Shown here in pieces: positions 55,404-64,000 of a stretch of 64,000 nucleotides of DNA (positions are counted from its first letter, which is position 1; every line of letters begins with the position of its first letter). Both the position numbers and the translations under genes were made by a program. The notes under the pieces were generated by a model. The model did not search any database and was not told the origin of the DNA. It was given only the letters and a program-made list of their open reading frames with translations. The stretch lies in sequence record KX397371.1; one strand, written 5' to 3'.

Positions 55404-56339
55404 ATGCCTATTCCAAATATGCTGTCGGTGCTCTTACCGAGCTTCGAAGCAACGAATCTGAAAAACACGCTGAACGCAAACTGCGACGCCATCAGTGAAT
55501 CACTGCTGCCACAGTTTGAAAACCTGCGTGACCTGGTCGGTACTGAACAGGGCAAACCATTCATCTCCAAGCCGGTGCAAACACTGAGCGAAGAGTTGGT
55601 AAAAATGTTGCGCAGCTCTGGCCTCGAAGTCAAAGGTCTGCGTGACCCGTCCGCACTGGAATATATCGTCGCTGCCATGCGTAACACGCTGGAACTGCGT
55701 CCGTTTATTGAACAGTGCATTAACCGTGACATCGGTAAGCAGGTTGTGACTGCTTCACTGACGTTCAACAAATCCACGCTCCTTCAATTACTGGACCTCA
55801 TTAACTTCTTTGTTCTTTACAGCGGTACGCTCGTAAACTACATCACCGCCGAAGAACTCGGCGCGGTGAAAGACTCGAACATTGCAGTGAAAGGTATCGG
55901 TCCAAACGATTTGCAGTACCTCCATGTTCGCATGGTAACGTACGGCATCGCTTGTCGTGTTCTGGCTACGCCTCAGTCGAAGCTCAAAGCAGACTATGCG
56001 GAAATCCCGGAAGCGGTATTTGATGAAGACACCTACAATGATCTGGTTAAGTCTTTCGGCTCGAAAGCGACCGATCCGTTGGGTCTCTCCGCAGTACCAT
56101 TCCCGCTGACCATCATTTATCGGATTAATCTGTCGTGGAACGAATGGCAGATGGACAACTACGATGAAGTGTGTGAAGCGGCGAAAGCAGCCGAGTACCG
56201 TATCTTACTGTTCAAGAAACAGCAAGCGGAAGGTAAAGGCGACGCGGCGTTGGAAATCCTTATCGAGAAACACGAGAAGCGTCTGGATTCCCTGAAACGC
56301 AAACGCGAACGTCTGGCGAAAAAGAACGGTCTCGAATAA
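55404..56339 (+). CDS. virion head protein (phiKZ gp90-like)
   Basis: 311 aa; coiled-coil basic C-terminus; synteny. Confidence 0.65.
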   Translation: MPIPNMLSVLLPSFEATNLKNTLNANCDAISESLLPQFENLRDLVGTEQGKPFISKPVQTLSEELVKMLRSSGLEVKGLRDPSALEYIVAAMRNTLELRPFIEQCINRDIGKQVVTASLTFNKSTLLQLLDLINFFVLYSGTLVNYITAEELGAVKDSNIAVKGIGPNDLQYLHVRMVTYGIACRVLATPQSKLKADYAEIPEAVFDEDTYNDLVKSFGSKATDPLGLSAVPFPLTIIYRINLSWNEWQMDNYDEVCEAAKAAEYRILLFKKQQAEGKGDAALEILIEKHEKRLDSLKRKRERLAKKNGLE

Positions 56340-56354
56340 CAACAGGAGAGACTG

Positions 56355-56915
56355 ATGAACCCGATTAACAATCCCGACTTTAACGTGGCCGAACGCCTCG
56401 TTAAACGTTACATGGCCAAACTGTCCGAGAACCCGACAGAAGTCCATGATGATGACCTCATTCATGAGACGCTGACCGCGGCAGCCGTTATCCTGCCTTA
56501 CTTCCGGCTCTTAGCCGCGGAGTCTGTGCAACAGGTATTATATGACGAATTTCCACAAATCGGTTTTACGTTTAATACGTTTTACAATGAAACAGTTGCG
56601 TTTGTTGTAGACGGAAAGAAACGTCCAACCAATGTCGGTACCTGGTCTGTGCTGATGTCGACGTACATGAATGATGTACACGGCACCAAATACGTTCAGG
56701 AGAAAGGCAGCTTGGGCTCGCGTATGATGTCTGCCGCTTTCGGTCAGGCTGGTAAAGTTCGTAACATGGGCACGCAACACCAATCCATGCAACCGGATAC
56801 TCGCCTCTTATCTTATGCAGACCACGAACTGCTTGCGCGGTGGATGACACGTACTAACGGATTGTCCGATATGATTATGTCGCTGGCAGTATTCTTGAAA
56901 ATCGCACGTCCCTAA
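56355..56915 (+). CDS. putative virion head protein
   Basis: AGGAG SD; 186 aa. Confidence 0.7.
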   Translation: MNPINNPDFNVAERLVKRYMAKLSENPTEVHDDDLIHETLTAAAVILPYFRLLAAESVQQVLYDEFPQIGFTFNTFYNETVAFVVDGKKRPTNVGTWSVLMSTYMNDVHGTKYVQEKGSLGSRMMSAAFGQAGKVRNMGTQHQSMQPDTRLLSYADHELLARWMTRTNGLSDMIMSLAVFLKIARP

Positions 56916-56972
56916 GGGGGCCCCTTTCTAGGGGCGTGTAATTCGGTTATAACCAAACAGGAACTAGAACAA

Positions 56973-58301
56973 ATGGCAAATTTTGCACAACGCAGAGCTG
57001 CTCGTGAAAGCATCGAAAACACCGAACCGGGTGAAATCGACGGCCTGTCTAACGTAGAACCGGGTGTAGAAAACCTGGATACCCAACTGGCTGAAATGGC
57101 ATCGGAAGATGCACAGCTGGAAGGTCTGGCTGGCGATCAGGATACCCTGGGCGCGGACACCGCACGTACTGAAGACGCTATCGACGATGCGCAAGACGCA
57201 ATCGATAACGGCGAAGAACAAGCTGAAGAGTCTATTGCCCACACCGAAGTGGCGCAAGAGTCTATCCGCCGTCGTTGGGGTATCGACCGCACCAAACTGG
57301 CACGCGAAAGCTTCCGCCGTGGTCGTGGCATGACTGCCGCTGCGCAGGAAGGCTGGAAAGAAACCCTGAAAGATCTGTGGAAACGTTTCCTTGAGCTGAT
57401 CAAGTCAATCGTTAACAAGATCAAAGAGCTGAAACTCAAGTACATCAACGTGGGTAAAACTGCGCAGAGCCGTGCTAAGAAGTATCAGGCTGCAATCAAA
57501 AACCTGGGCAGCAAAAAGACCAAAGATGAAATCGGCGGTAGCTGGATCAGCAAACTGTCCATCGAAGGCGCTTTCAACGTTGACGGTTCTATCGGCATCG
57601 CGAAAGAAGTTACTCAGGGCAAAGCCAAAGGCGCGATCGCTGCAATGACCAAACAGGCCGATGCAGCTGCAACCTACGTCGTGAAAGCGGCTGACGGTGA
57701 AGTGTCTGCGTCTAAAGCCTCTGGCGGTTCTTCTGCTTCTGGTCCGGGTGTAATGCTGGCGTCTGACGCACCGACTTACGACAAAATCGAACTGTTCGGT
57801 ACTGCGGCTACCAAACTTCAGAATCTGGAAGAGTTCGCCGATGGCGAATACCAGAAACTGCAAGCCCTGCCGGGCAACGCCTACATTCAGGCCGGTAACA
57901 AGAAACTGGCTGGCGGCGTAGACTTTGCTGCTATCGGTTTCATGACCACTGGCGATGCGACCGAAGACAAACAGGTTGCAACTCCTGAGCTGGGTAAACT
58001 GACTGCCGCTGCACAGGGTCTGGATGCGATCGGTAAAGGTTTCGAGAAAGTCCTGCAAGACTTCCGTACCTTCGATAGCGAAGTTGAGAAACTGCAACGC
58101 GCTGCTGAGAAAGCATCTGGTGCTGTAGATAAAGCTGACGACGCGAACCGCGAAGCGCTGCAATCTGCACGTACTGCTGCTGACCAGTCTGTGAAGAACT
58201 ATCAGGTTCTGAACCGCGCTGTGGCTTACGTTGCTAACACCGTAATCGCTGGCCTGAACGGCTACATCGGTGCTGGTATCGGTGCGTACGGTAAGAAGTA
58301 A
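56973..58301 (+). CDS. abundant head ejection protein, paralog 1 (SPN3US gp53 / phiKZ gp93 family)
   Basis: Acidic propeptide, repeated AQE/ARE sites, VAQESIRRRWG; paralogous to the next gene. Confidence 0.8.
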   Translation: MANFAQRRAARESIENTEPGEIDGLSNVEPGVENLDTQLAEMASEDAQLEGLAGDQDTLGADTARTEDAIDDAQDAIDNGEEQAEESIAHTEVAQESIRRRWGIDRTKLARESFRRGRGMTAAAQEGWKETLKDLWKRFLELIKSIVNKIKELKLKYINVGKTAQSRAKKYQAAIKNLGSKKTKDEIGGSWISKLSIEGAFNVDGSIGIAKEVTQGKAKGAIAAMTKQADAAATYVVKAADGEVSASKASGGSSASGPGVMLASDAPTYDKIELFGTAATKLQNLEEFADGEYQKLQALPGNAYIQAGNKKLAGGVDFAAIGFMTTGDATEDKQVATPELGKLTAAAQGLDAIGKGFEKVLQDFRTFDSEVEKLQRAAEKASGAVDKADDANREALQSARTAADQSVKNYQVLNRAVAYVANTVIAGLNGYIGAGIGAYGKK

Positions 58302-58339
58302 TCCTTCTTAACCTGTAAACGACCCGACGTTAATCATTG

Positions 58340-58362
58340 AGGTGGGGCACGCTGCCCCACCT
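58340..58362 (+). other. intergenic 10-bp hairpin without U-tract (mRNA processing/stability)
   Basis: AGGTGGGGCA-CGC-TGCCCCACCT just before the SD of paralog 2. Confidence 0.45.
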
Positions 58363-58377
58363 AGAGGAAAAGTGAAA

Positions 58378-59658
58378 ATGGCAAACTTTGCACAAAAACG
58401 CGCTGCTCGCGAATCCATTGAAGGCACCGGTACTGTTGTTCCGGATGGCCTGGAGCTGCCAGCAGAATCGGTTGAAGGTATTCTCGCCGAACTGGCTGAG
58501 AAAGAGCGTGACATCGATACCACCGACTCTGAGCACGACGTGCTGATTGAAGATGGTAACGAAACTGATGCGCAGCTGGACGCGGTAGACGCGGCTGACG
58601 ACGCAGCAGCTGAACCGGCTGACGACAAAATGGAAGCGGAAGAAGACATGCCTGACGAAGCAGCGGAAGCGCTGGACGTTGCGCAGGAATCTATCCGTCG
58701 CCGTTGGGGCTTCGATCACCGTACCAGCGTAGCACGCGAAAGCTACGGCAGCCGTAACCGCCGCAGCGTGGCCCGTGAAAGCCTGTGGGAAGACATCAAA
58801 GCCTTCCTGAAGCGTGCGTGGGAATGGCTGAAAGAGCAGGGTCGTAAGATCAAAGACCGCTGGCTGAAATTCAGCAACCAGGGTAAATCCGTCCAGGGCC
58901 GTTCTAAGAAGTTCGGCGAGCAGATCAAGAAACTCGGCAAGCAGAAGTCTGGTAAAGACAAACTGTCTGGCGGCTTTATCAAAGATCTGACCATCGCAGG
59001 TAAATTCGAAGGCACCAACACTGCTGCTATCGATGCTGTGTTTACTAAACACGGTGACTACGCGAAACTTCAGGACGGGGTTCTGGGTGAGATGACCAGT
59101 GCGGTTGATGAGATGGCCAACGCGTCTGAAGCTGACTTCGCCAAAACTGGTAAGACTGCGAAAGAGCTGGCTACCCTCATGTCCTCTGATATCAAAGGCG
59201 AGCAGCAGCTGTTCGGCAACCAGGTCTTCAAAGTGGACGTCGAAGTGTCTGATGAAGGTGAAAGCTTCGAAGTGAGCACCACCGTTGTTGAAGCTGATCA
59301 CAGCGTAGAGAGCGATATCTCTACCCCGTCTGTTGCTCAACTGTCTACAGTCAACACCTTCTTCAACAAAGTCGGTGTGGAGATCGAGAAGAAGGTTAAA
59401 GCGTATCACGCAACTAACCAGAAACGCGATCGCTACGAAGCGGCCATCGAGAAACTGCTGAAGAAAGTCGACGGCGTGAAAATCGATGCTGAAAACGGCG
59501 AATTCTCCAAGTGTGTCCGTCTGATCCGTAAGATGATCGGTGCGACTAACCAGTTCCTGGGTGCTGCTGAGCGTGCCGATGCTTCTAACACCAAGAACAT
59601 CGTCTCCGGTCTGAACGGCCTGCTGGTTGCTGGTATCGCGGCTTACGAGAAAAAGTAA
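58378..59658 (+). CDS. abundant head ejection protein, paralog 2 (SPN3US gp54 / phiKZ gp93 family)
   Basis: MANFAQKRAARESIE start nearly identical to paralog 1; AQE/ARE sites. Confidence 0.8.
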   Translation: MANFAQKRAARESIEGTGTVVPDGLELPAESVEGILAELAEKERDIDTTDSEHDVLIEDGNETDAQLDAVDAADDAAAEPADDKMEAEEDMPDEAAEALDVAQESIRRRWGFDHRTSVARESYGSRNRRSVARESLWEDIKAFLKRAWEWLKEQGRKIKDRWLKFSNQGKSVQGRSKKFGEQIKKLGKQKSGKDKLSGGFIKDLTIAGKFEGTNTAAIDAVFTKHGDYAKLQDGVLGEMTSAVDEMANASEADFAKTGKTAKELATLMSSDIKGEQQLFGNQVFKVDVEVSDEGESFEVSTTVVEADHSVESDISTPSVAQLSTVNTFFNKVGVEIEKKVKAYHATNQKRDRYEAAIEKLLKKVDGVKIDAENGEFSKCVRLIRKMIGATNQFLGAAERADASNTKNIVSGLNGLLVAGIAAYEKK

Positions 59659-59680
59659 GTTAGTGTGCTGACACAGATTA

Positions 59681-59716
59681 CCCTACTCCTTCGGGAGTAG
59701 GGTTTTCTTTTTTTTA
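59681..59716 (+). terminator. Rho-independent terminator
   Basis: CCCTACTCC-TTCG-GGAGTAGGG followed by a T run. Confidence 0.9.
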
Positions 59717-59736
59717 TTTTAAAAAGTTTTCAGATA

Positions 59737-59752
59737 GATATTATCCTAGTGA
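59737..59752 (+). promoter_or_regulatory. early promoter
   Basis: GATATTATC-CTA-GTGA. Confidence 0.75.
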
Positions 59753-59785
59753 CTATTCATCCTATTCACCTTTAAGGAGTATCAA

Positions 59786-60418
59786 ATGCAGAAAACAAAC
59801 CGCCACACCCTCACCGTAAATATTGGCGTGTACCAGAATCCCAAAGTGCGCTATAACCGCCGTGAAGATAAAGTCTCAGTAACGTCTGGCAAGGCGGAGT
59901 TCGTGTGTAGCTATCTCGAATTCTACGCGTTGCTGATGTGGGCACGTCTGTGCTACCACGAAGAAGAACAGATGGCCTTCGTTGCCGGTAACACCCGTTA
60001 TGAATTAGACCCGCCGTACGGCACCACACATCGTGACCGTATCAAAGGTCTGCTGGACGCTGCCAAAGGCTTCCTGCCGATGCCAACGGATGAACCCGCA
60101 ACGTATACGTGGGATGACGAAATCATCTACGGTAGCGATTTAGAGCACCTCTATCTGCGTAAGTCGGTCGACTCATGGCGTCCGGTGTTTGCGCTGCGTG
60201 TCACTTTACCGAAGACCCTGAAGCGTGACGATGGTTTAGCCCTGTACCATCAGGCGAAAGAGACCATCAACGAAGGGCGTGCCCTGCCCGCCGGTACCGA
60301 AGACATCAGCATCATCTACCCGAAAGAAGATGCGAAGTCGCCGACATACCGCGGCATCAATAACCGGAAAATCTTTGAAGAGTTTTCTGGGGTACCTGTG
60401 CCAAACGCACCGGTCTAA
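59786..60418 (+). CDS. hypothetical early protein
   Basis: AAGGAG SD; 210 aa. Confidence 0.85.
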   Translation: MQKTNRHTLTVNIGVYQNPKVRYNRREDKVSVTSGKAEFVCSYLEFYALLMWARLCYHEEEQMAFVAGNTRYELDPPYGTTHRDRIKGLLDAAKGFLPMPTDEPATYTWDDEIIYGSDLEHLYLRKSVDSWRPVFALRVTLPKTLKRDDGLALYHQAKETINEGRALPAGTEDISIIYPKEDAKSPTYRGINNRKIFEEFSGVPVPNAPV

Positions 60419-60424
60419 AAGGCT

Positions 60425-60479
60425 ACCCCACCTTCGGGTGGGGTGCTCTTTCTTTTTTACAAATCCCCTTTTGGTTATG
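60425..60479 (+). terminator. terminator overlapping a TTAC-N15-TATG promoter
   Basis: ACCCCACC-TTCG-GGTGGGGT plus T run; TTAC 60457-60460 and TATG 60476-60479. Confidence 0.75.
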
Positions 60480-60583
60480 CGAGGGGGTAGGCCCTTTTAT
60501 GTCTTTGGCCGATCGATCGGCGCTTGTCGTTCAGACAAGCTGCCTTATTGCTGTTGACCTTTATCGAGAATCGAGGAACACGT

Positions 60584-60949
60584 ATGTTGGAAACAACCAG
60601 CTTTGCTTTTAAAATGGAAACCATCATCCACCCGGTGATGGTATTCAAATCGCCTACCCGCCCCCAAATCAAGCTGTTTGTCATGCTGGAAGATTTGGAA
60701 GCGGCACTCCTCGAACTGGGGAGTCGTGATTATCGCGGCCCTATCACTATCCGACTGGCTACGCCGTTCTACGGCAAGGAGACGTACGCCAACAGTCGAA
60801 TGGATGGGATTGTGTTCGATGTGGAACACCGTACCGTTTCCACTGCGGTGATTACTGACAGTGTTGAGCTGTTTACATTCTCCCGCAGAACGTTCACCAC
60901 GTACCTGCGTGAACTTATCAAAGAAATCAATAAGGATAAACAATCATGA
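60584..60949 (+). CDS. hypothetical protein
   Basis: GAGGA SD before ATG 60584. Confidence 0.75.
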   Translation: MLETTSFAFKMETIIHPVMVFKSPTRPQIKLFVMLEDLEAALLELGSRDYRGPITIRLATPFYGKETYANSRMDGIVFDVEHRTVSTAVITDSVELFTFSRRTFTTYLRELIKEINKDKQS

Positions 60950-61488
60950 AGTTGAGTATCATTGCTGCGACCGACCGTAAGAACGCCATTGGTAAAGAGA
61001 ACACGCTCCCGTGGCGTTTACCGGCTGACCTCAAGAACTTCAAAGCCTTGACCGACGGCAAGCTCATCATCATGGGGCGTAAGACGTGGGAATCGCTCGG
61101 TTCCAAGTCCCTGCCCAACCGCCAGTCCATCGTCATTACCCGTGACCATACGCGCGTAACGGAAAACAGTCCTAACAACGAACGCGGTGTGATTATCGCC
61201 CCTAACCTTGCGGATGCGATTGGTTGTGCAGAAGCACTGGTCAAACAAGGGACGTACCCGGACGAAGTGTTCATCATTGGCGGGTCTGAAGTCTATCACC
61301 AGACCATCAAAAAAGCTGACCGCATTTACGTCAGTCGGGTGGACACGGTGGTGGAAGGGGCAGATGCGTTCTTCCCGGATATCGACCGTGATTATTATCA
61401 GCAGTCTATGTCGGTTCGTCACCTGAAAGACGATGCAGGTAACACGTACGACTGGCATTACCAAATCTGGGACAAGATTAGGGGTTAA
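60946..61488 (+). CDS. folA: dihydrofolate reductase
   Basis: IIAA...IGKENTLPWRLPADLKNFK, IMGRKTWES, LPNR and IIGG motifs. Confidence 0.97.
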   Translation: MKLSIIAATDRKNAIGKENTLPWRLPADLKNFKALTDGKLIIMGRKTWESLGSKSLPNRQSIVITRDHTRVTENSPNNERGVIIAPNLADAIGCAEALVKQGTYPDEVFIIGGSEVYHQTIKKADRIYVSRVDTVVEGADAFFPDIDRDYYQQSMSVRHLKDDAGNTYDWHYQIWDKIRG

Positions 61489-61509
61489 TTACAAACCCTT
61501 CTAAAAAGT

Positions 61510-61538
61510 GGGGAGCTTCGGCTCCCTGTTTTTTTTTT
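61510..61538 (+). terminator. Rho-independent terminator
   Basis: GGGAGC-TTCG-GCTCCC followed by a long T run. Confidence 0.9.
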
Positions 61539-61606
61539 GCATTTGCGTTCAGTGATATGTATAAGCACAAGCAATGGCCACCATGTGGACGGCCTGAGGG
61601 GATGAA

Positions 61607-63133
61607 ATGCAACAGTATTTCGAAGTGCCGTCACTTGATGTGACCATCCGCAAGGCGGTTATTGACGGCATCGTCTATCGATTATTAAACGAATCGGGGA
61701 TGGACAAGTCCGACGCAGTCTTCTTAGACTCGTTCAACACAGCCCACCAACCCGGCTCGACGCTCGGTGATGCAACCGATGTGGAATACGCCTCGACTGA
61801 CCGCGTCTATGTTGAAGTGGACGAAGAACGTGATGAAATGGCACGCATCAATCGCGGTGTGGGTCTGAACATTGAACTGCCGTTCTTCCACGATGAAACC
61901 AACGGTATTAAAGCGTGGCCGATTCGTACCAAATACAAAGTCACCATCACCTTCCGCCGTAACGCCCAGTCTGAGGACGAACTGTTACGTTGGACAAACC
62001 GTTTGAACAGTTTACTGGACATGGGTCGCTATTCATTAGTGACGGAGTCCGAAGCTTACTTCGTGATTCCCAAACCCCTGTTCAATCTGCTGAATGCCTG
62101 CTGGGTCGCTTCTGAAACCCGTGTGCCCGCGTATCCTACATTTAAGGAATATCTGGCCGCCAACTTCGAAGAGACGGTTGGGGTAGTGGCCAACGACAGT
62201 GGCGGCCAGCAAACGCTGATGGTGCGGTATTCACCGACCCGCGTCGAGATGGTGTACGATGTTAACCCACCGGCATGGAGTAAGGAAGATAATCACTACG
62301 AAGCCACAATGACCGCGAGCTTCGAATATGACCGCCCGGAAGAAGTCGGGTGTGTCTATCCGTACATCATCAATCAGACACCGTTGCCGGATGCCTACTT
62401 CCCGCAAATCGATCCGCCGTGGATGGAAAACGAAGACGGTGTCGAACGCAGCGAAGTGCAGACATCCTTTGACGGTACGTGGTGGCAGAATGAACGCCGT
62501 CAGTTGATTCGACTGCCTTACCTGTTGTGTCCACCAGAACAACTCCACCGTGTCCATTCGCCGTTAGAGGCAAAGCTTCTGCGGATGTTCGGTACCGATG
62601 TGTGTTTCGGTGAGGAGAACATGTCGAACCCGGTGGTGATGTCAACCTCTGACTTGCCGTATGAGTGGAACCCGGTACTGCTGCCGTACATCGAGCACTG
62701 CCGCACGATTGACCCGACGGGGATGACGGGTGTGTTCCGTACCGAGCTGTTTGAAAACGGTTTACGTATCGAACCCCGGTTGTACCACTGGCAGGATGAT
62801 GAGTTCTCCTTAACCCGTGAGATGGATGTGCACAAAGCCTACTTCCTGACCGAGTCAGTGATTTACGACTGGCGGGGATTAGACCTCTGGCCGCTCCAGA
62901 AATACCCGAAGGCCGCAGAGCTGCTCATCAAGTGGTTGTTCCCGAATCTGGACTTCCCGGATTGGTGGTGGGACTTACCGACGCTCCCGCCGAGTGCGTG
63001 GGAAGAGATAGAAGACAAAACCACCCAAGACGAGACCGGTGCAGGCACCAACCGCAAGCATTTGCTACTGACTGTCTTTAACACCACCATCATTGCAATA
63101 CGAGGTACTTCGAATGCTGCAAGCGAAGGGTAA
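61607..63133 (+). CDS. putative virion structural protein
   Basis: 508 aa; late TATG at ~61556; position in the structural block. Confidence 0.65.
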   Translation: MQQYFEVPSLDVTIRKAVIDGIVYRLLNESGMDKSDAVFLDSFNTAHQPGSTLGDATDVEYASTDRVYVEVDEERDEMARINRGVGLNIELPFFHDETNGIKAWPIRTKYKVTITFRRNAQSEDELLRWTNRLNSLLDMGRYSLVTESEAYFVIPKPLFNLLNACWVASETRVPAYPTFKEYLAANFEETVGVVANDSGGQQTLMVRYSPTRVEMVYDVNPPAWSKEDNHYEATMTASFEYDRPEEVGCVYPYIINQTPLPDAYFPQIDPPWMENEDGVERSEVQTSFDGTWWQNERRQLIRLPYLLCPPEQLHRVHSPLEAKLLRMFGTDVCFGEENMSNPVVMSTSDLPYEWNPVLLPYIEHCRTIDPTGMTGVFRTELFENGLRIEPRLYHWQDDEFSLTREMDVHKAYFLTESVIYDWRGLDLWPLQKYPKAAELLIKWLFPNLDFPDWWWDLPTLPPSAWEEIEDKTTQDETGAGTNRKHLLLTVFNTTIIAIRGTSNAASEG

Positions 63134-64000
63134 GGGTAAAACCACATTCGAGCCGGTTAAGACGGAACCCGAATACCTGAATCAAGCTCAAGACGGCGTC
63201 AAGGAAAAAACCAACATCGTCACAGAGCCTACCAGAACGACTGTAGTCGATTTAGAGCGCACGCCTGCCGTTAACCTGCTTCCTGTCGTTGAAGGCTCCT
63301 CGTGGCCGCTGCTGGCGTATTATCGCCGGTTAATGGGCAAGAACGACCCGAAGATGCTGTTCGACCCGAAACAGGACACGCCGGTACAGCAATACGACTG
63401 CATCCACTATCTGGAGCTGCGGGTTAACAGTCCCTTGTCGCGTGACCAAGACGGGGGCAACAAAACCTTCACCATGTCGGGTAGTGCCACCATGGCCACG
63501 TCCGTGGTACCGAACGAAAACGACATCTTCACGGCTTCCCTCGGGGATAACCGCGTCGGTATCTTTAACGTCACCACTACCACCCGTAATTCGAACAACA
63601 AGGTTGCCACCTATTCCATTGAGTACACCTTACTCTTTGAAATGTCACCTGCCCACAAAGCCATACTGGACAAGTGTACGGCGCATGAGTTCTATTACGT
63701 TAAGGAACGTGCGTATACGGGTGGTGACACCTTACTCACCCCGAACGAGTACAACGCGTACTTGGCACTCGGTGAGCATGTCAAGGGGATTGAGGAGACG
63801 TACCTGCGTCGTTTCTTTAACGAGGACGCGCAAACGATTCTCTTCCCGGATGACCGTTACGGGTATGCCTACGATGTGTTCTTGGCGCAGTTCGTCCGGG
63901 ACATTGGCCTGCGTATGGTGGGTAAAGATGTGCGTATCTATCCGCACCCAACCAAACCGATTCGTGATATCGAAACGCTGTTCACGGTCATCATCGCCCA
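63114..64000 (+). CDS. putative virion structural protein, truncated by the window end (absent from ORF track)
   Basis: Manually read ORF MLQAKGKGKTTFEPVK... open to 64000; GAGGT SD; overlaps the upstream stop. Confidence 0.75.
   Translation, partial: MLQAKGKGKTTFEPVKTEPEYLNQAQDGVKEKTNIVTEPTRTTVVDLERTPAVNLLPVVEGSSWPLLAYYRRLMGKNDPKMLFDPKQDTPVQQYDCIHYLELRVNSPLSRDQDGGNKTFTMSGSATMATSVVPNENDIFTASLGDNRVGIFNVTTTTRNSNNKVATYSIEYTLLFEMSPAHKAILDKCTAHEFYYVKERAYTGGDTLLTPNEYNAYLALGEHVKGIEETYLRRFFNEDAQTILFPDDRYGYAYDVFLAQFVRDIGLRMVGKDVRIYPHPTKPIRDIETLFTVIIA

Noticed and set aside
19011-59409. Long antisense ORFs (19011..19904, 50103..50783, 54700..55404, 57405..58163, 58330..59409)
   Set aside because: Shadows of strongly codon-biased genes on the opposite strand; no SD or motifs
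41661-61525. Identical GGGAGCTTCGGCTCCC sequence as a mobile repeat
   Set aside because: Explained as a standard UUCG terminator hairpin used throughout this genome
1-64000. CRISPR array or mini-array
   Set aside because: No regularly spaced direct repeats seen; the two RNA copies are 1.3 kb apart
1-64000. Genetic-code reassignment
   Set aside because: Core genes are full length under the standard code, and there is no clear suppressor tRNA

Overview
This 64-kb window comes from a nucleus-forming jumbo phage (Chimalliviridae). Gene order and proteins most resemble the enterobacterial SPN3US/Seoulvirus and Erwinia-phage group; that assignment rests on motif and synteny recognition, not on a database search. 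Bases 1-7,000 are an accessory region: an HslV-like Ntn hydrolase, a TerB / membrane protein / TAXI solute-binding module, a ParB/Srx-like ORF, nine canonical tRNAs, one atypical CAT-anticodon tRNA, and a dense set of non-canonical structured RNAs. These RNAs are a ~600-nt ornate candidate, several anticodon-less tRNA-shaped or (A)CC(A)-ended elements, and two diverged copies of one ~70-nt element with a covarying closing stem. Bases 7,000-46,000 hold the core block: early ORFs, a family-B DNA polymerase split into two distant genes, chimallin, four non-virion RNAP subunits, probable ChmC and PicA, an Mre11-like nuclease, an SF2 helicase and one virion RNAP subunit. Bases 46,000-64,000 encode head, ejection and baseplate proteins plus DHFR. 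The two strongest novel signals are the non-coding RNA island at 3.1-5.9 kb and a probable -1 ribosomal frameshift (T TTT TTC plus hairpin at 41181-41214) fusing ORF 39229-41253 to ORF 41292-41660. Two promoter classes are visible directly in the sequence. Homologue gp numbers given below are recalled from synteny and are tentative.
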